Of a DNA stretch of 64,000 nucleotides, positions 49,940 through 62,308 are shown piece by piece. Position 1 is the stretch's first letter. Every line of letters starts with the position of its first letter. Under the pieces are notes generated by a model. The model saw only the letters and a program-made list of their open reading frames with translations. It did not search any database and was not told the origin of the DNA. A program made the translations under genes and the position numbers. This DNA is from Trichosphaerium sp. ATCC 40318 (lineage: Eukaryota > Protista > Tubulinea): assembly GCA_038496445.1 (NCBI GenBank), contig JALMLS010000079.1:1-64000 (forward strand), written 5' to 3'.

Positions 49940-50795
49940 ATGTCAGGTATCGCTAGAGCAAGGTTAGCTGAAGAGCGAAAGGCTTGGCGCAAAGATCACC
50001 CACACGTACGCGGGAAACGAAACTTTTAATTCTCACTCAAACGCAGGGATTTTTCGCAAAACCATCAAAAACAACAAGTACGTGCGCGTAATTTTGTTTC
50101 TCTAACCATTATTACAGGTGGCACCCTTAACTTGATGGAGTGGCGCTGTGGTATTCCAGGCAAGAAGGAGGTACGTTGTTTTGGCCGTTAAACAAGAAAT
50201 GATTTTTGTAACCTATCTGCTAGACTGATTGGGCTGGCGCTACGTACCCTTTGACCATTTTATTCTCCGACGACTATCCAACCAAAGCACCTATTTGTAC
50301 GGCCATTTCGCCAATTTTTTTTTTTAACATTCTTGCTAATGGTTGTGTAGGCAGATTCCACAAAGGCTTTTTTCACCCAAATATGTATCCTTTACGCACG
50401 ATTTTATTTTATTTTATGTTTTGGTGTCGTTCTCAAAGTCGAGTCGAGCGCACAATCAAATGAAACTCATCAAAAAAAAACCATGATTTTGCCTTGACAT
50501 GTAAAGTTACCCATCTGGCACTGTATGTTTGAGTATTTTATCAGACGACTGGAAGCCTTCAATCACCGTTAAACAGATCTTGTTGGGCATCCAAGAGCTA
50601 CTCAACAACCCTAATGAGCACAGTCCTGCGCAAAAAGACGCTTATCAACTCTACGTGTACGTCAATGTATTTGAATCTATATCATTGTCTTCTGTGACCT
50701 GTCTTGTCTCGTCAACTCAACTGATTGAATGTAGGACTGACAAGGAGAAGTATAAACTACGTTGCCGTGAACAGGCCAAACATTACGCGAACTAA
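49940..50795 (+). CDS. UBC9: SUMO-conjugating enzyme Ubc9
   Basis: [45 protein letters not shown] and [18 protein letters not shown]. Confidence 0.96.
50385..50506 (+). other. U12-type GT-AG intron (Ubc9)
   Basis: Donor GTATCCTTTA; branch GCCTTGAC at 50491-50498 just before AAAG. Removal restores HPN-I-YPSG. Confidence 0.9.
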
Positions 50796-51162
50796 GCACT
50801 GTCGACACACACACGTGATAATTGCACGCCAACTCAATGTGTCGTAACCATGTTTTGTGGTGCAACATGCCCACCCGAATAACGACGCATTAGGTGTTGG
50901 GTACGTGCGCGTGTGTCGTCAGCCATGTACAATAAACTGGTTAAAACCAAACGGTCCCTAGTTAGCTTGGCTGTATTTGTTAACACCAGGTACACGCACC
51001 CCCAAGTTGTGGTATAGGGCGTACATATAAGTTTCAGTATACAAAACTATGTGTTGTGTTGCTACTGGTTTTTTAACAAAGTAGGTCTTTTATTTCCTTC
51101 TTTCAATGGCTCTATGCTAACTCCTACAGCTATTTTTCTACCTACAATGCCATCGCGATACG

Positions 51163-53555
51163 TTACTTCCATTTGGCGTATGTGTCGAGGACGTAAACAA
51201 TGACGAGGGATAGCGGATAAAATAAGATGATCACAAACGACCACCTACAATCCACTGTTAGACCTGAAACATACTACGCGTGCATCAATGCGTACCATAA
51301 ACGAATGGTGGTGAACACAGCACCAACTATGCCAACCGCGACAGTCTAGATAGCTATAAGGAATTCCACTTGTTAGGCGTTTGCTACGTACAATCAAAAA
51401 GATGGCCAGAGTCTCTGATGAGAAATCCCAGGCCAATCCTATAATTTTGAGATTGGAGCTCTACGCTATAAGGACTAAGGTACCTCTAAAGTAGATGAGC
51501 GCAAAGAAAATGCCCAAGCCGAGGGTGTTGTTCAGTGTTGCAGCGCCATACAATTGGGAGTATCTTGTTAAACGGGTGTTAGTACAACTTTGAGTAGCAG
51601 TTGTGGGGCGACCATCACGTACGTCATGGAAGAGTTTGCTTTCTTTTTCTTGGCAGCAAAAACAAGGGAAGAAACGAGTTCGCTTGCGTTACTACAATAC
51701 GGCGTGACAATAAAACTCACGTAAAAAATGGGTATGCCGATAGCCTAAATAGTGGGTTTTGGAGGTTACACAACTGAAACGAAAAGTATTCTTACATTTC
51801 CAAAATCTGATATTACATCTACCATAGGATCTGAGAAGAATGCGACTAGCCCAGTCCCGATAAGAATAAAAGCTAATGAGAATACAATGAGTTTCCATCT
51901 TGGTTCTTCTGCTTCAGAAGAAGATTCTTCGTCATCTTCGTGATGCTGCACAGACCCCTCATTGTCAAGTAGTTTTACCTGCTCCGAGTCATTCGTTTGT
52001 ATGTGTGAGGCTTTGCTCTTGGCCGCAGCAGCACGCCATTTTCTACCAAAAGCTAAAGATATAGCTTGCTTTTCCTCATCAGTTTTGGGCTTGTTGATGG
52101 ATTCAACTGGAGCCTCACCATCTGTATTTATCACCATGTTTCGCTTCATTTTGCGAATAACATTCAAGGCACGTAGGCGCATTGCTCTCTCGCGTCGCGC
52201 TTTTTCAACCTTGTCAGCTCGTTTCTTGGCTAGTTTTGGTACGTAAACTTGGTATACGCAGTACGCTATTAATCCGATGAAACAGACAATCATGCCTGCC
52301 AACGAGTAGTATTTCTAGTAAAGAGTTAACACCCACAAATAATAATACTTGGCACTTCATTGGTTGAGTACCTCAGCTTTAGAAATGTGCGACACCGAGT
52401 CTGAAAGGTGCGCAAAGGCTACACCTTGGACGATGAAATAGCTGAGTGTTGACACAATCATAATGATGGCGTTCACGCGTGTGTCAAAATCGACAGTGAT
52501 CCCTGTCTTTACGACGCTCATGGACGTGCACACTGTGTCCTGTGCTAAGTTTTTTTTTAACCACGTGACATTTAAATACGAACGTCGGAAAAGGAATGTG
52601 TCTCCTTGCACCACGTTTCTCGTACCTTCGCCGCCAACAATATCACAACGCGCTACCCACAGCGACAGCGCCCAAGGGACAGTCAACAACATGATTGTAC
52701 TTCCAGCCAATGTGCCTACGCCGACTGACAGCTGCTCCTGCACTTTAACCAATGGCCCAAATCCGGATACGAGGATGATTGCAGCATCTGGTACAGCACC
52801 CAAAATAGGCAACAATAAAGCGCCTATTACAGTACCATAACTCGGAAAGAGTTCTAAGAGTAGCTCTGATCCATCAGAGATCAATTTGGCGGCTTAAGTA
52901 ACAGTCAAAAAAAAAACTAGAAAAACTGTTGTGAAATAGCCAAACGTACCATATCCCAATACTATACCGTATAAAATAATTAAGATGACCATGCCTATTG
53001 TGCTGTGCGAGCAAGGAAATATACCGACACAAAGAGGGTCGCAGATATACTTACAAGTCTCTCCTGTGCACCAACCTTTACAAAAAAAATATCAATTAGT
53101 AAAGTAACGGTTTGAAGGGTGCCATTGGAAAACGTTGGTACCTGCTTCACAATGATTAACTGTGATATCAGATATGTGAACACATTTCGTGTCGTTCGAT
53201 GTTCTTGAGTCGCACCAGGCACAGTGTGAGTGCGACGAGCAATTACCGCAACCTTGGATGCTCTGGCAATCTACCCGGTTCATTTTTAAAACACCACGGG
53301 ACGGGAGCAAAAGGGCGTGCCTATTGGCGCAATTGGTGCAGTGAATGGGGCAGAAGGGTGACTAGGTTCTGTCGTTGGAGCAATTGGCACAAAGCTAGAC
53401 TTTGCGAGATTCGTTTCCGCTAGATTTGCAGCGTAAACACCTGGAGTAGTGTCAAAAATAATAATTAGGTGCCGAAAGTTTTAAGAGGGACCTTTGTTAC
53501 AAACAGCGCTCAGAATGATGAGCGTGCACAACACGCTAAATCGTGCCAAATTCAT
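51163..53555 (-). CDS. NCL/EFCAX-type sodium/calcium exchanger with extracellular PSI-like Cys-rich domain
   Basis: Signal peptide; CGNCSSHSHCAWC; ISDGSELLL, LPILGAVPDA, VGVGTLAGSTIMLLT, FSDPMVD, SNASELVSS, LYGAATLNNT and WDFSSE. Confidence 0.88.
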
Positions 53556-53696
53556 TTCAATAACGGTTTTTGTTGCTATTTTAGTGATTTATATTGCTTT
53601 AATTTTTAAACGAAAGCTTTCCATGCGTGAAACACTTTGACTTTGGAACCCGCGAAAAAAGGCTGTTCACACACAAACTACGCTGTTTCCCGCGCT

Positions 53697-56600
53697 ATGG
53701 ATCTTTCGTCCCTCGTAGCCGCGTTGGATAAGACGTTCACTGGACGTGATGACGAACGCAAGGCAGCAGAACGATACATTGCAAATGTTTGTACCAACCA
53801 CTTGGGCCGACGCGTAGTTCTGACTTTATTTAATAGTGTCAACAAAATCCAGGGTTCATTGTTGCGTTGTTCCAAATTATGAATGCTAAAGGTGATTAAA
53901 ACGCCTATTGTATTGCTATATAAGCTAACACGCCAAGATTTGCGAGTACCATTACGTACAGCGGCCTCATTGGTATTTAAACGTCAGGTTGAACTGCGAT
54001 GGAGAAAGAGGCAAGGTATAGACATGGTATTGTTCACAGAGCAAGAAAAATCGCTGGTAAAGGCCAACATTGTTGAAGCTTTGGCATTTACACCTCCACA
54101 AATTCGGTTAGGCGTCATTCCACGTGTCTCAATCGCTCTGACAGCTATAGGCGTCAATTGACACCTGTATTTGCACTGGTTGTCAAGCACGAGTTTCCAA
54201 AAAATTGGATAGACCTTGTTGATAAAATAGTCGCTTACTTACAATCAAATGACCAACAGAGGTTATGGGGTGCGCTTATTGCTCTCCGTTTTACATTGAA
54301 GGTGCGTGCGTAATGCCCTGCATGTCCCTCGTCGTGCACAAAGACAGTGGTGATGATTATGACTTAGGCCTACGAATTTACAGTCAATGACGAACGACGT
54401 AAACCTGTTTCCAGCGTTGTACAACGGTCAGTGGCTTCTATTTATTTTAAACCTTTTATTTTAAAATCGGGTTTTCTTTGAACGCGCTGCCTGTCACGTA
54501 TTGTGTAACTGACAGCAGATTTGATTTTTAGGACATTTCCAATCTTGATACAAATATTCGGTGTCTTAATAGCTACAGAAACCATTGAATCGCATGAGCT
54601 CCAAGTGCTTATTGCAAAGACGTTCTGGTCTGCCACTCAAATGTCTATCCCTGCGTGGCTGTGCGACAATGAAAAGTTAGGACCTTGGATGAACTTTTTG
54701 CTTCAGCTGTTGGAAAAGCCAGTTATAACACCGCCAAATATGCCTCTTGATGACGAGTTAACACTGCGAAAGTATCCACCTTGGCTTGTAAAGAAATGGG
54801 TGGCTCAAATTTTGTTGCGGTTCTTTGCACGCTACGGCATTGTACAGGCCTCTGATTCCGAGTCTACACAGCGATTCTCAAAACTGTTTATGCAATCCTA
54901 CGCAAACCGGTTTTTGGAGAGCTTTTTGAATGTCTTAAATGCCATAAGACAAAAGGTAGTACTGTCACACATCAAACATTGTATCTTTTTTTAATGCTGA
55001 TTTTTCTTAATTCTAGAACCTCACAAATGTACCATTTCGGTTCATCACCCTTGCCATCCAGACCATCTCCATAAGTGTAAATTATGAACGTATCTGGCGC
55101 AATGTGAAACCACATGTTGAACCAATTTTTAAAGATGTACGTTTTATTGTTTCATTGTGACAATCCACTTTTTGAAATGCGCTACTGCACCACAAATAAT
55201 TTCCTGAGCTATCCTTACTTCCTTTCAGGTATTATTTCCGTTCTTGTGCTACAACGCAAAGGATCATGCTTTATTTACTGAGGATCCACACGAATACATT
55301 AGACGGCAGTTTAGTGCGTTATAATTACATGTTTAGGCGGATTCCACGTTGCTAACATACAACTAGACGTGCTAGAGGATCTGTGGCATCCTAGAAATGC
55401 TGTCATGGATTTTATGGATGCGACAATCACCTCTAGAGGCAAATACCATCTCGATCTGTACATGAACCTGTTGTTGAATGTGCTCAAAACATACGCGCAA
55501 AACCCTGCAGATCAAAACAACGCAAGCGCCAAAGACGGAGCACTCTTGGCAATTGGAAGTTTGGAGAGGCCACTTAAAAAGGCTGCCGAGTATTCAAGTA
55601 TGTCGACATTTGATTTTACGTTTGGATTTGATCAAAGTGTTATGTTGGTACTAAAGAACCTAAAGGTAAATTGTGCTCCTTCATTGAGACGCACGTTCTC
55701 CCTGAAGTAAATAATCAACGATTTCCGTTCCTACAAGCTCGCGCTTGTTGGACGCTTGGTCAGTTTTATAACATTGATTGGGTAAACCCTCAAGTGTTCA
55801 TGCTGTCGCTCAAAGGTAGAAGATGCTAAACTGACATCATCACTTTGTTTCTTACCGTGGTTTTGTAATTAGGTGTTCTCGACTGTTTGAATTCTCAGTC
55901 CTTCCCTGTTCGTATGCAAGCTGCTCTCGCGCTCCGCACATTATGTGAGAATAGTCTCTCAGAGAAGCCTGTGTTGACGGTTTTGGGAGAACTAATACAA
56001 CGTCTCATTGCCATGATGGACGAGCTTGAAAACGATCAACTTGTTGAAACTCTTCAGGTATTACCTACACAGACCGATCGCATTCACTTTTTGTTGATTC
56101 CTATCCGCGTTAGGTATTGGTTAAGAGCTATCCGGATGAGATGGTGCGGTATTGCCATGTTATCATTCAAAAGTTTGTGCGTAATCATATTTCCACACTT
56201 GTTTCGTCAGTTCCACTGACAGTCCTCTAATTATTATCTGTTAGTGTCAAGTCTTTACACATGCACTCGCAGAGGAAGAAGAAGCGAGCAACAACGACCC
56301 TGATGGCGAAGGTATGGGGTTGATGACGGCTATCCAGGTGTTAAAGGCCATAAACACTCTTCTGGACGCAGTCTCAGAAACACCAAAATTGTTTGCCGAT
56401 TTGGAAGTGATGCTAGCACCTATCATAGACAAGGCCCTCAGATCCAGCATTTCCGACGATTTTTACGAGGAGGTTCTTCGCATGTTGACCTACCTCACGT
56501 ATTTCTGTGAGCCACCCTTATCACCTGCCTTGTGGGCCCTGTACCCTGTTTTGTGCAAAGGATTTTTGGACGATGACCACAGCGGCGTGTGGATGGAAGG

Positions 56601-57919
56601 TACGCTTTAAACAAAAAGAAGGTCATCAACCAACAGCAATGTGTTTGGTAACAGTGAGTGCTCTTCTTCGATATTGACTTGTTTTCATCTAGATGTGTTG
56701 CTTCCACTGCACAACTACATAAGTCGTGATGTACAGGCATTCCTTACAGGTAATCGTGTCCAACAAGTGCTGTCACTGTACCAGAAAATGCTGAGCGCAA
56801 ACGCTGAAGTGGAAGAAAAGGACGTGGGCGAGGCGTGTAAACTGGCTGAGATGGTCATATCCAATTGCATTGGCAAGATAGATCAAGTTATCCCGCCTAT
56901 CATTCAGCTCGCTGTTCAGAGATTACCATCCGCAAGGAACCCTGGCCTCAAGGTCTTGCTTTTAGAAGTTGTACGTCTTGTTTTTCGTCGAGGTCTTACT
57001 TTATCAGCCTCACATTTGTGCTTTGTTTGTATTAACACACTTGAAACTGTAGATTATCAATGCGCTATACTATAATCCAATCCTATTTTTTCAGTACATG
57101 GAATCTAACAATTGGACGAAGCAATTCTTTGCAACGTGGTTCGAACTCATATTCAAAGAGTTCAGGCGAGTACATGACAAGAAGATATCAGTGCTGGCCT
57201 TGTCCAACCTCTTTAAAATAAGCATGAACCAAATGCCACAACACGTGCAAAAAGAAATGAAGAACGTGTTCATCACGATACTAAAACTTTTGATTGAGAT
57301 TGAGCAACAACGAGAAGGTATGCAAAACAAACCGTTTAAATTGCCTCCCTTTTAAAAGTTATGTTGTCATAGAGATAGAAAAAATGCGGGCAGCGTTTGA
57401 GGAGGAAGAAGAATCCGAAGAATCAGAAAGTGAAGACGAAGAGGACATTTTTGAAGCTGTAGCAGATGATCAAGACGTTAACAAGCAACGTATAATGAGT
57501 GCGTACCACCTCACCCAATCCGATTATTGAAAGCCTTATGCCCTGTCTAGATGAATTTGTGAAATCAATGGCGGCTTCTGATGATCCAGGAGAGTACTTT
57601 GTTCTTGAAGAAGATCCGGGTATGTTCTTTACCTCCAATTCTTATGCATCACTTTACGAAAAACTGACGTGGTTTGTTAGTGGATGGGGATGAGACAGAG
57701 ACAGCAATAGATCCTATCAACGAGGTTGCGTACTTTGTTAATGCAGTGATGGGTATGTTTACTATTGTTACATAACTTTTTAACGCTAACGCCTTTTTAG
57801 ACTTTAGCAACCGGGAAGCGGCAGTTTTTGGAGAGATGGTGTCTTGCTTGAAGCCTGGAGAAAAGACAATATTCGATAGGTTTGTTCAAAAGTCAAAGCA
57901 GCAAACACCGCAGCAATAA
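53697..57919 (+). CDS. IPO7: Importin-7/8 (Nmd5/Sxm1/SAD2-like) karyopherin-beta
   Basis: IBN_N (ERKAAERY...AASLVFK), PWLVKKW, EDPHEYIR, KDGALLAIG, FLQARACW, PVRMQAALAL, RVHDKK and acidic tail. Confidence 0.9.
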
Positions 57920-58278
57920 AAACTTGGGTAATTATATCATACAGCTACTCTTTAATGTCACGACTTGACAAAGACAGCATCTATTGTCGAGTTAAACCCT
58001 TCATGTATGTAGTCGAGTGTATTACTCCATTACTGCCACCACTCCGACTTTGACCACAAAACGTGGAAAAGAGCTACATCAACAAGGGACTATCCTTTCT
58101 TTTTTTTTAAGGAAGTTTTTATTTCCCAACAAAGAAAACACGTGTTTGTTTTGAAAGAATAACGAGTACTTGGCTCCTATAATTTTTTAGCCATATTTGT
58201 TAAGTAGTTTTTTTTTTTTTTGGTTGTTCATTGTGTGTGCGATAAGTTTGTGACACATTAAGCACAGCGGCATCCGAG

Positions 58279-61200
58279 ATGGCAACAGAAAAGGTGTACG
58301 CCCAGCTTTGGTAAGTAACACATAAAATACGAGAGTACGCTCACGTGCGTTCAGGCTACGCATCGTAGGAGGCAAAAAATTACCCGGCATTAATTCCAAG
58401 GGTCTTTCTGGCACGTCAAAACTTCCCCTTTCAATGCTCGCTGTTTTAATGAACGTAGATTCGTATGTCAGCATTAAAATGTCGCTGGCTCACGGCGAGT
58501 ACGAAAAATATGGAGCTAAATTAAAAACAAGAATATGTCCTGCGTCGTTAAATCCCAAGGTGAGGAAGTGAGGATGATCTTCATTCCTTTTTCATTCGAA
58601 TTCTCAACCAAGACGAGCGTTGAGTGGTGTTTTTTGAATTGTCGATTGCTAACAGTGCCATGTAGTGGAACGATGAATTTAAAATTAGTTTAATTGATAA
58701 AAGGGCCAAAGTCGTTTTCAAAGTGGCGGTACGGCGTAGTACTACATCCCAGTTTATCCTTCCGCTAAGAAGACGATGTTTCTGTAGGCTTTCAAGTCAA
58801 TGGGGCAAAATGTACCTCTTGGCACGTGCGAACTCGCTTTGGAAGATGCCAAGTTTGATACGCACTATGACACTTCCCTAAACCTAAAGGTTGTCTTTTA
58901 AACTATGCACAACAAAAAAAACGCTTACATACGTGTTCAGGATGCGCCTTGTGGCGAATTGATGATACAGTACCAGCTCACAGATCCCGGAGTGGGCCCC
59001 AAGTTTTTTTATAAAATATTACCACAATTACGGATTGAAACAGACAGAAACCTATACTTTGCTGGCGAGGTGTTATTTTTTATCCGTTTTTATTTTTTAT
59101 GAACAATTTTGCAGGTTTTGGTTTTTTTTCTAAACTACTGACTGTCTTCTTTCTTATCAACTACACAGAAACTCTCTGGCTTTGTCAAACTTTCTGTTGG
59201 ATCTTCTATGGCGCTGTCTTCGGCAACTGTGTCGCTTGAAGGTACTAGTTTTAATTTTAGTTTACACCACTGCGTTCAGTAGTTTACGGTTTCTACTTAT
59301 TTATATATATTCTGATCGTCTATATTAGGGCACCAAGAAGCGCTAGGCCATCGTATTCCTATAATAACATCTACTAAAGTGGTGTGGGGTGAAGAACATG
59401 GCGGTGACAAGGTATTATTTAGAGAGACTTGACAAAAATCACGTTTACTGAAGGGGCGTTGTGTAGGTGTTAAAAGACGATATTTATAGTTGGCCATTTA
59501 CCTTCAAGTTACCAAAGCTCATTCCGCCCTCCTATGAAGTAAGTGCACTCCTTCTACGCCTTCATGACACTAACAATACGTAGGGACGCCACAGCACTTG
59601 TATATACGCTATAAACGTTCGTTTGAACGGCAGGGACGCGCAAGAAATCCAACGCAAATTAAAGATACGCGTGCACCACCATGCACATTCCAATCCAGAG
59701 ACTTACACTGTCCGATTTAAAGAAGTATGTGCAACTCAGCGTGTTTGCCATCTAACCAGATTTAATAGCACAACGTGTCACTAGTGGCCACACTAAAAAG
59801 TCCTGTGGCTTACATTGGTGAACCAAATGTCTTGTTTTTCGTACGCTTAAAGTGATGCAGGTGTTGTGTGTTAGCTAACAATTGTTTTCTCCTATGTATA
59901 GTACATAGACAATCATTCAAGACGAGAAATCAAGACTGCACGCTTCTCAGTCGTGCAATCCGTAAAGTATATAACTTCTTCACAAACTGTAGTAAAGGAC
60001 AGTACGTACTGTGGTTCTAAATACCGTTTTTTCTCAAGTAGAATTCTGATGTAAATTTTTCTTTTGACATCTGCTATAGAAGAGCTCGTAAGAGCACCTT
60101 TGAGTACAGGATTTCCTATCCCATCCATGTCAGAGTACGCTGTGAATATGGTTTTGTAGTGTTTTGCTTACAGTACAATGTGGTAAAGGAGCAATCAAAC
60201 AATAGCATTTAAGATTCCACCTGGAACACTACCGACCTTGTTGAACAAAAAAGCTTCCCCGCTTGTGTCTATATGTACGATCAATTTACTTGCACTCTCT
60301 TCATTTAACGATGTTTCGACACTGAGTGGACGTTTAGATTATAAACTGGAGATTGTTTGCATTTTTACTAGCTCCTCTCTTAAAGTCCGATTGGAGAGCC
60401 CAGTCGTCATCGGTAACAGGATTCCTATACGTGCTAAGCCTGTACGTGTTTTAGGCATTTATATGCAAGTGCCTGACGTGATTTGACACACAACGTAGAT
60501 GTCTGGGTCGCCCAAGATTATAAAACGCGATCCTTCGACTGTTAATGCTCATCTGTTACACAAGAGATCATTAAAACAGCTTCGAACGCATCCTACTATA
60601 CCAGCACCAAAGCTAAAAAAGAAGAAGAGCAGCAAGACTTTGAGATCCAAGTCTCCAAAACTTACCAAGCGCGTATGTTTCTCGTTTGATGGCTTTGTTG
60701 CTAACATTGTGGATCTATGTATAGACCAGCAGCAACGGCTTAAAGCGTCCAAAGCTCACCAAACAATTTAAATCTGCGCCTGATTTACGAAGACCAACTG
60801 ACGTCTCTGGATCTGAAAGTGGAAGCGAGAGCCCACCATTTATTGTCACTAAGAAGGTATTTGTTTACTCAATTTGTGTGGACTGCATATACAAACTACT
60901 GCGTAGAAACGAAGCCAAGTAAGCAAGAGCAAGGCGGAGGGATCTCCCAAGACTTTGAGAACGCCTAGAAGCAAGACCAAGTACATTCAATTTGCCTTTT
61001 TTTTAGATTATACATATACCTGATAGCTGACCCTCGTCCTCCCCTCTAGATCAAGACGAACTTCGAGCAGACGTAAAAAAAGGAGCAAATCCCCTGCACA
61101 ACGGCAACCAGATCTGCTAGGTGGGGCTGTGGTACGTGGCAATTATATATTTTGAACAAAAGTGAAAGTGAAAACAACGACCGTGTACTCATTGCAACAA

Positions 61201-62120
61201 AGGAGCCACCTTCTTCGCCAGTCACACAAAAATCAGATAATTTACTCTTGTTGGGCCTAGACACCCCACAACCTCTATCGCAATCAGCACCTCCTACTGC
61301 CACAGACAATCCTTTTGGAGACTTGGCAGGCATCTCTTTACAACCAACTACCCCTTTGGCGTCTAGTAATCCATTCGAAGACGTGACAGAGGCTAGTTTG
61401 TCTCAGGATACCATGGGTTCCCTAGAAACCCTTGCATTTACACTAACTACACCTGATCCTTCAATACCGACTCGGGGTAAGTATACTTGTACACTGTTTG
61501 GTCACAGGTTGCTAATCGTGTAACAAAGGACTAGCCAGTACTCAGCCAGGTTCAAAAAAAGAAGTAAACATGAAGCATCGAGGCATATCCCTGTCGTGGG
61601 CAAAGGGGCAGTCTCCTTTGGATGGTTTTGCTAGTCAACCAACACCAATGAGGGGCTACGTACGGCATTTCTAAACTACTTTTTTGTCCTGGCTAGTAAT
61701 ACCAATAATTAGCAAACTGGAGGTGGCGGTATGTCTTTTTCTGCATCTCCAACTAGTGGTGGCAGATCTTTAGGATTTTCTGCATCTCCACCAAGCAGTG
61801 GCAAATCTTTAGGATTTTCTGCACCGGATCCATTTGGTCAGTCTATGAGCTTCTCATCAGCGCCACCCGCCACTACACAGCCAACCATACAACCAGCTAC
61901 CACGACACCAGTACCGCTGATTAACGATGCGCCGTCGAGTGTGGATCAGATAATGAAGTTAGGCTATACACAAAAACAAGCGGAGGTGGCACTTAGCGCT
62001 GCGGCACGTGTCACTTTTCACGTATTACGTTTTTTAAAATAATGTTCTCCTTAGAATAACGATTTTGCTGAAGCGGTAGCATTCCTTCAGGGCATTGCTG
62101 GGGTGTCGCAAAGACAATGA
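58279..62120 (+). CDS. C2-arrestin(N/C)-low-complexity-UBA endocytic adaptor
   Basis: C2 (DSYV...LNPK|WNDEF); arrestin folds (LYFAGE, FTFKLPKLIPPSYE, FKIPPGTLPT); basic Ser-rich region; NPF/DPF motifs; UBA (QIMKLGYTQKQAEVAL..NNDFAEAVAFL). Confidence 0.85.
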
Positions 62121-62308
62121 GGTTACTAGTCCCTTTGTTATTGTTTATTATAAAAAGCCACCTTGGCCAATGTAATGGTCTCCAATAATGTACTCTTTCT
62201 CGAGAGCGCTGGTCTTTTGCGCTACATCTGTCAAAATGTAACATGACTATTGTATTAAGTTAACATTACCGTCCATTGTTTGTATAAGGCGTTGCAAGTG
62301 TAAGTGGT

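Noticed and set aside
57962-58050. Two hairpins with possible H and ACA boxes
   Set aside because: The hairpins are too short and lack pseudouridylation pockets.
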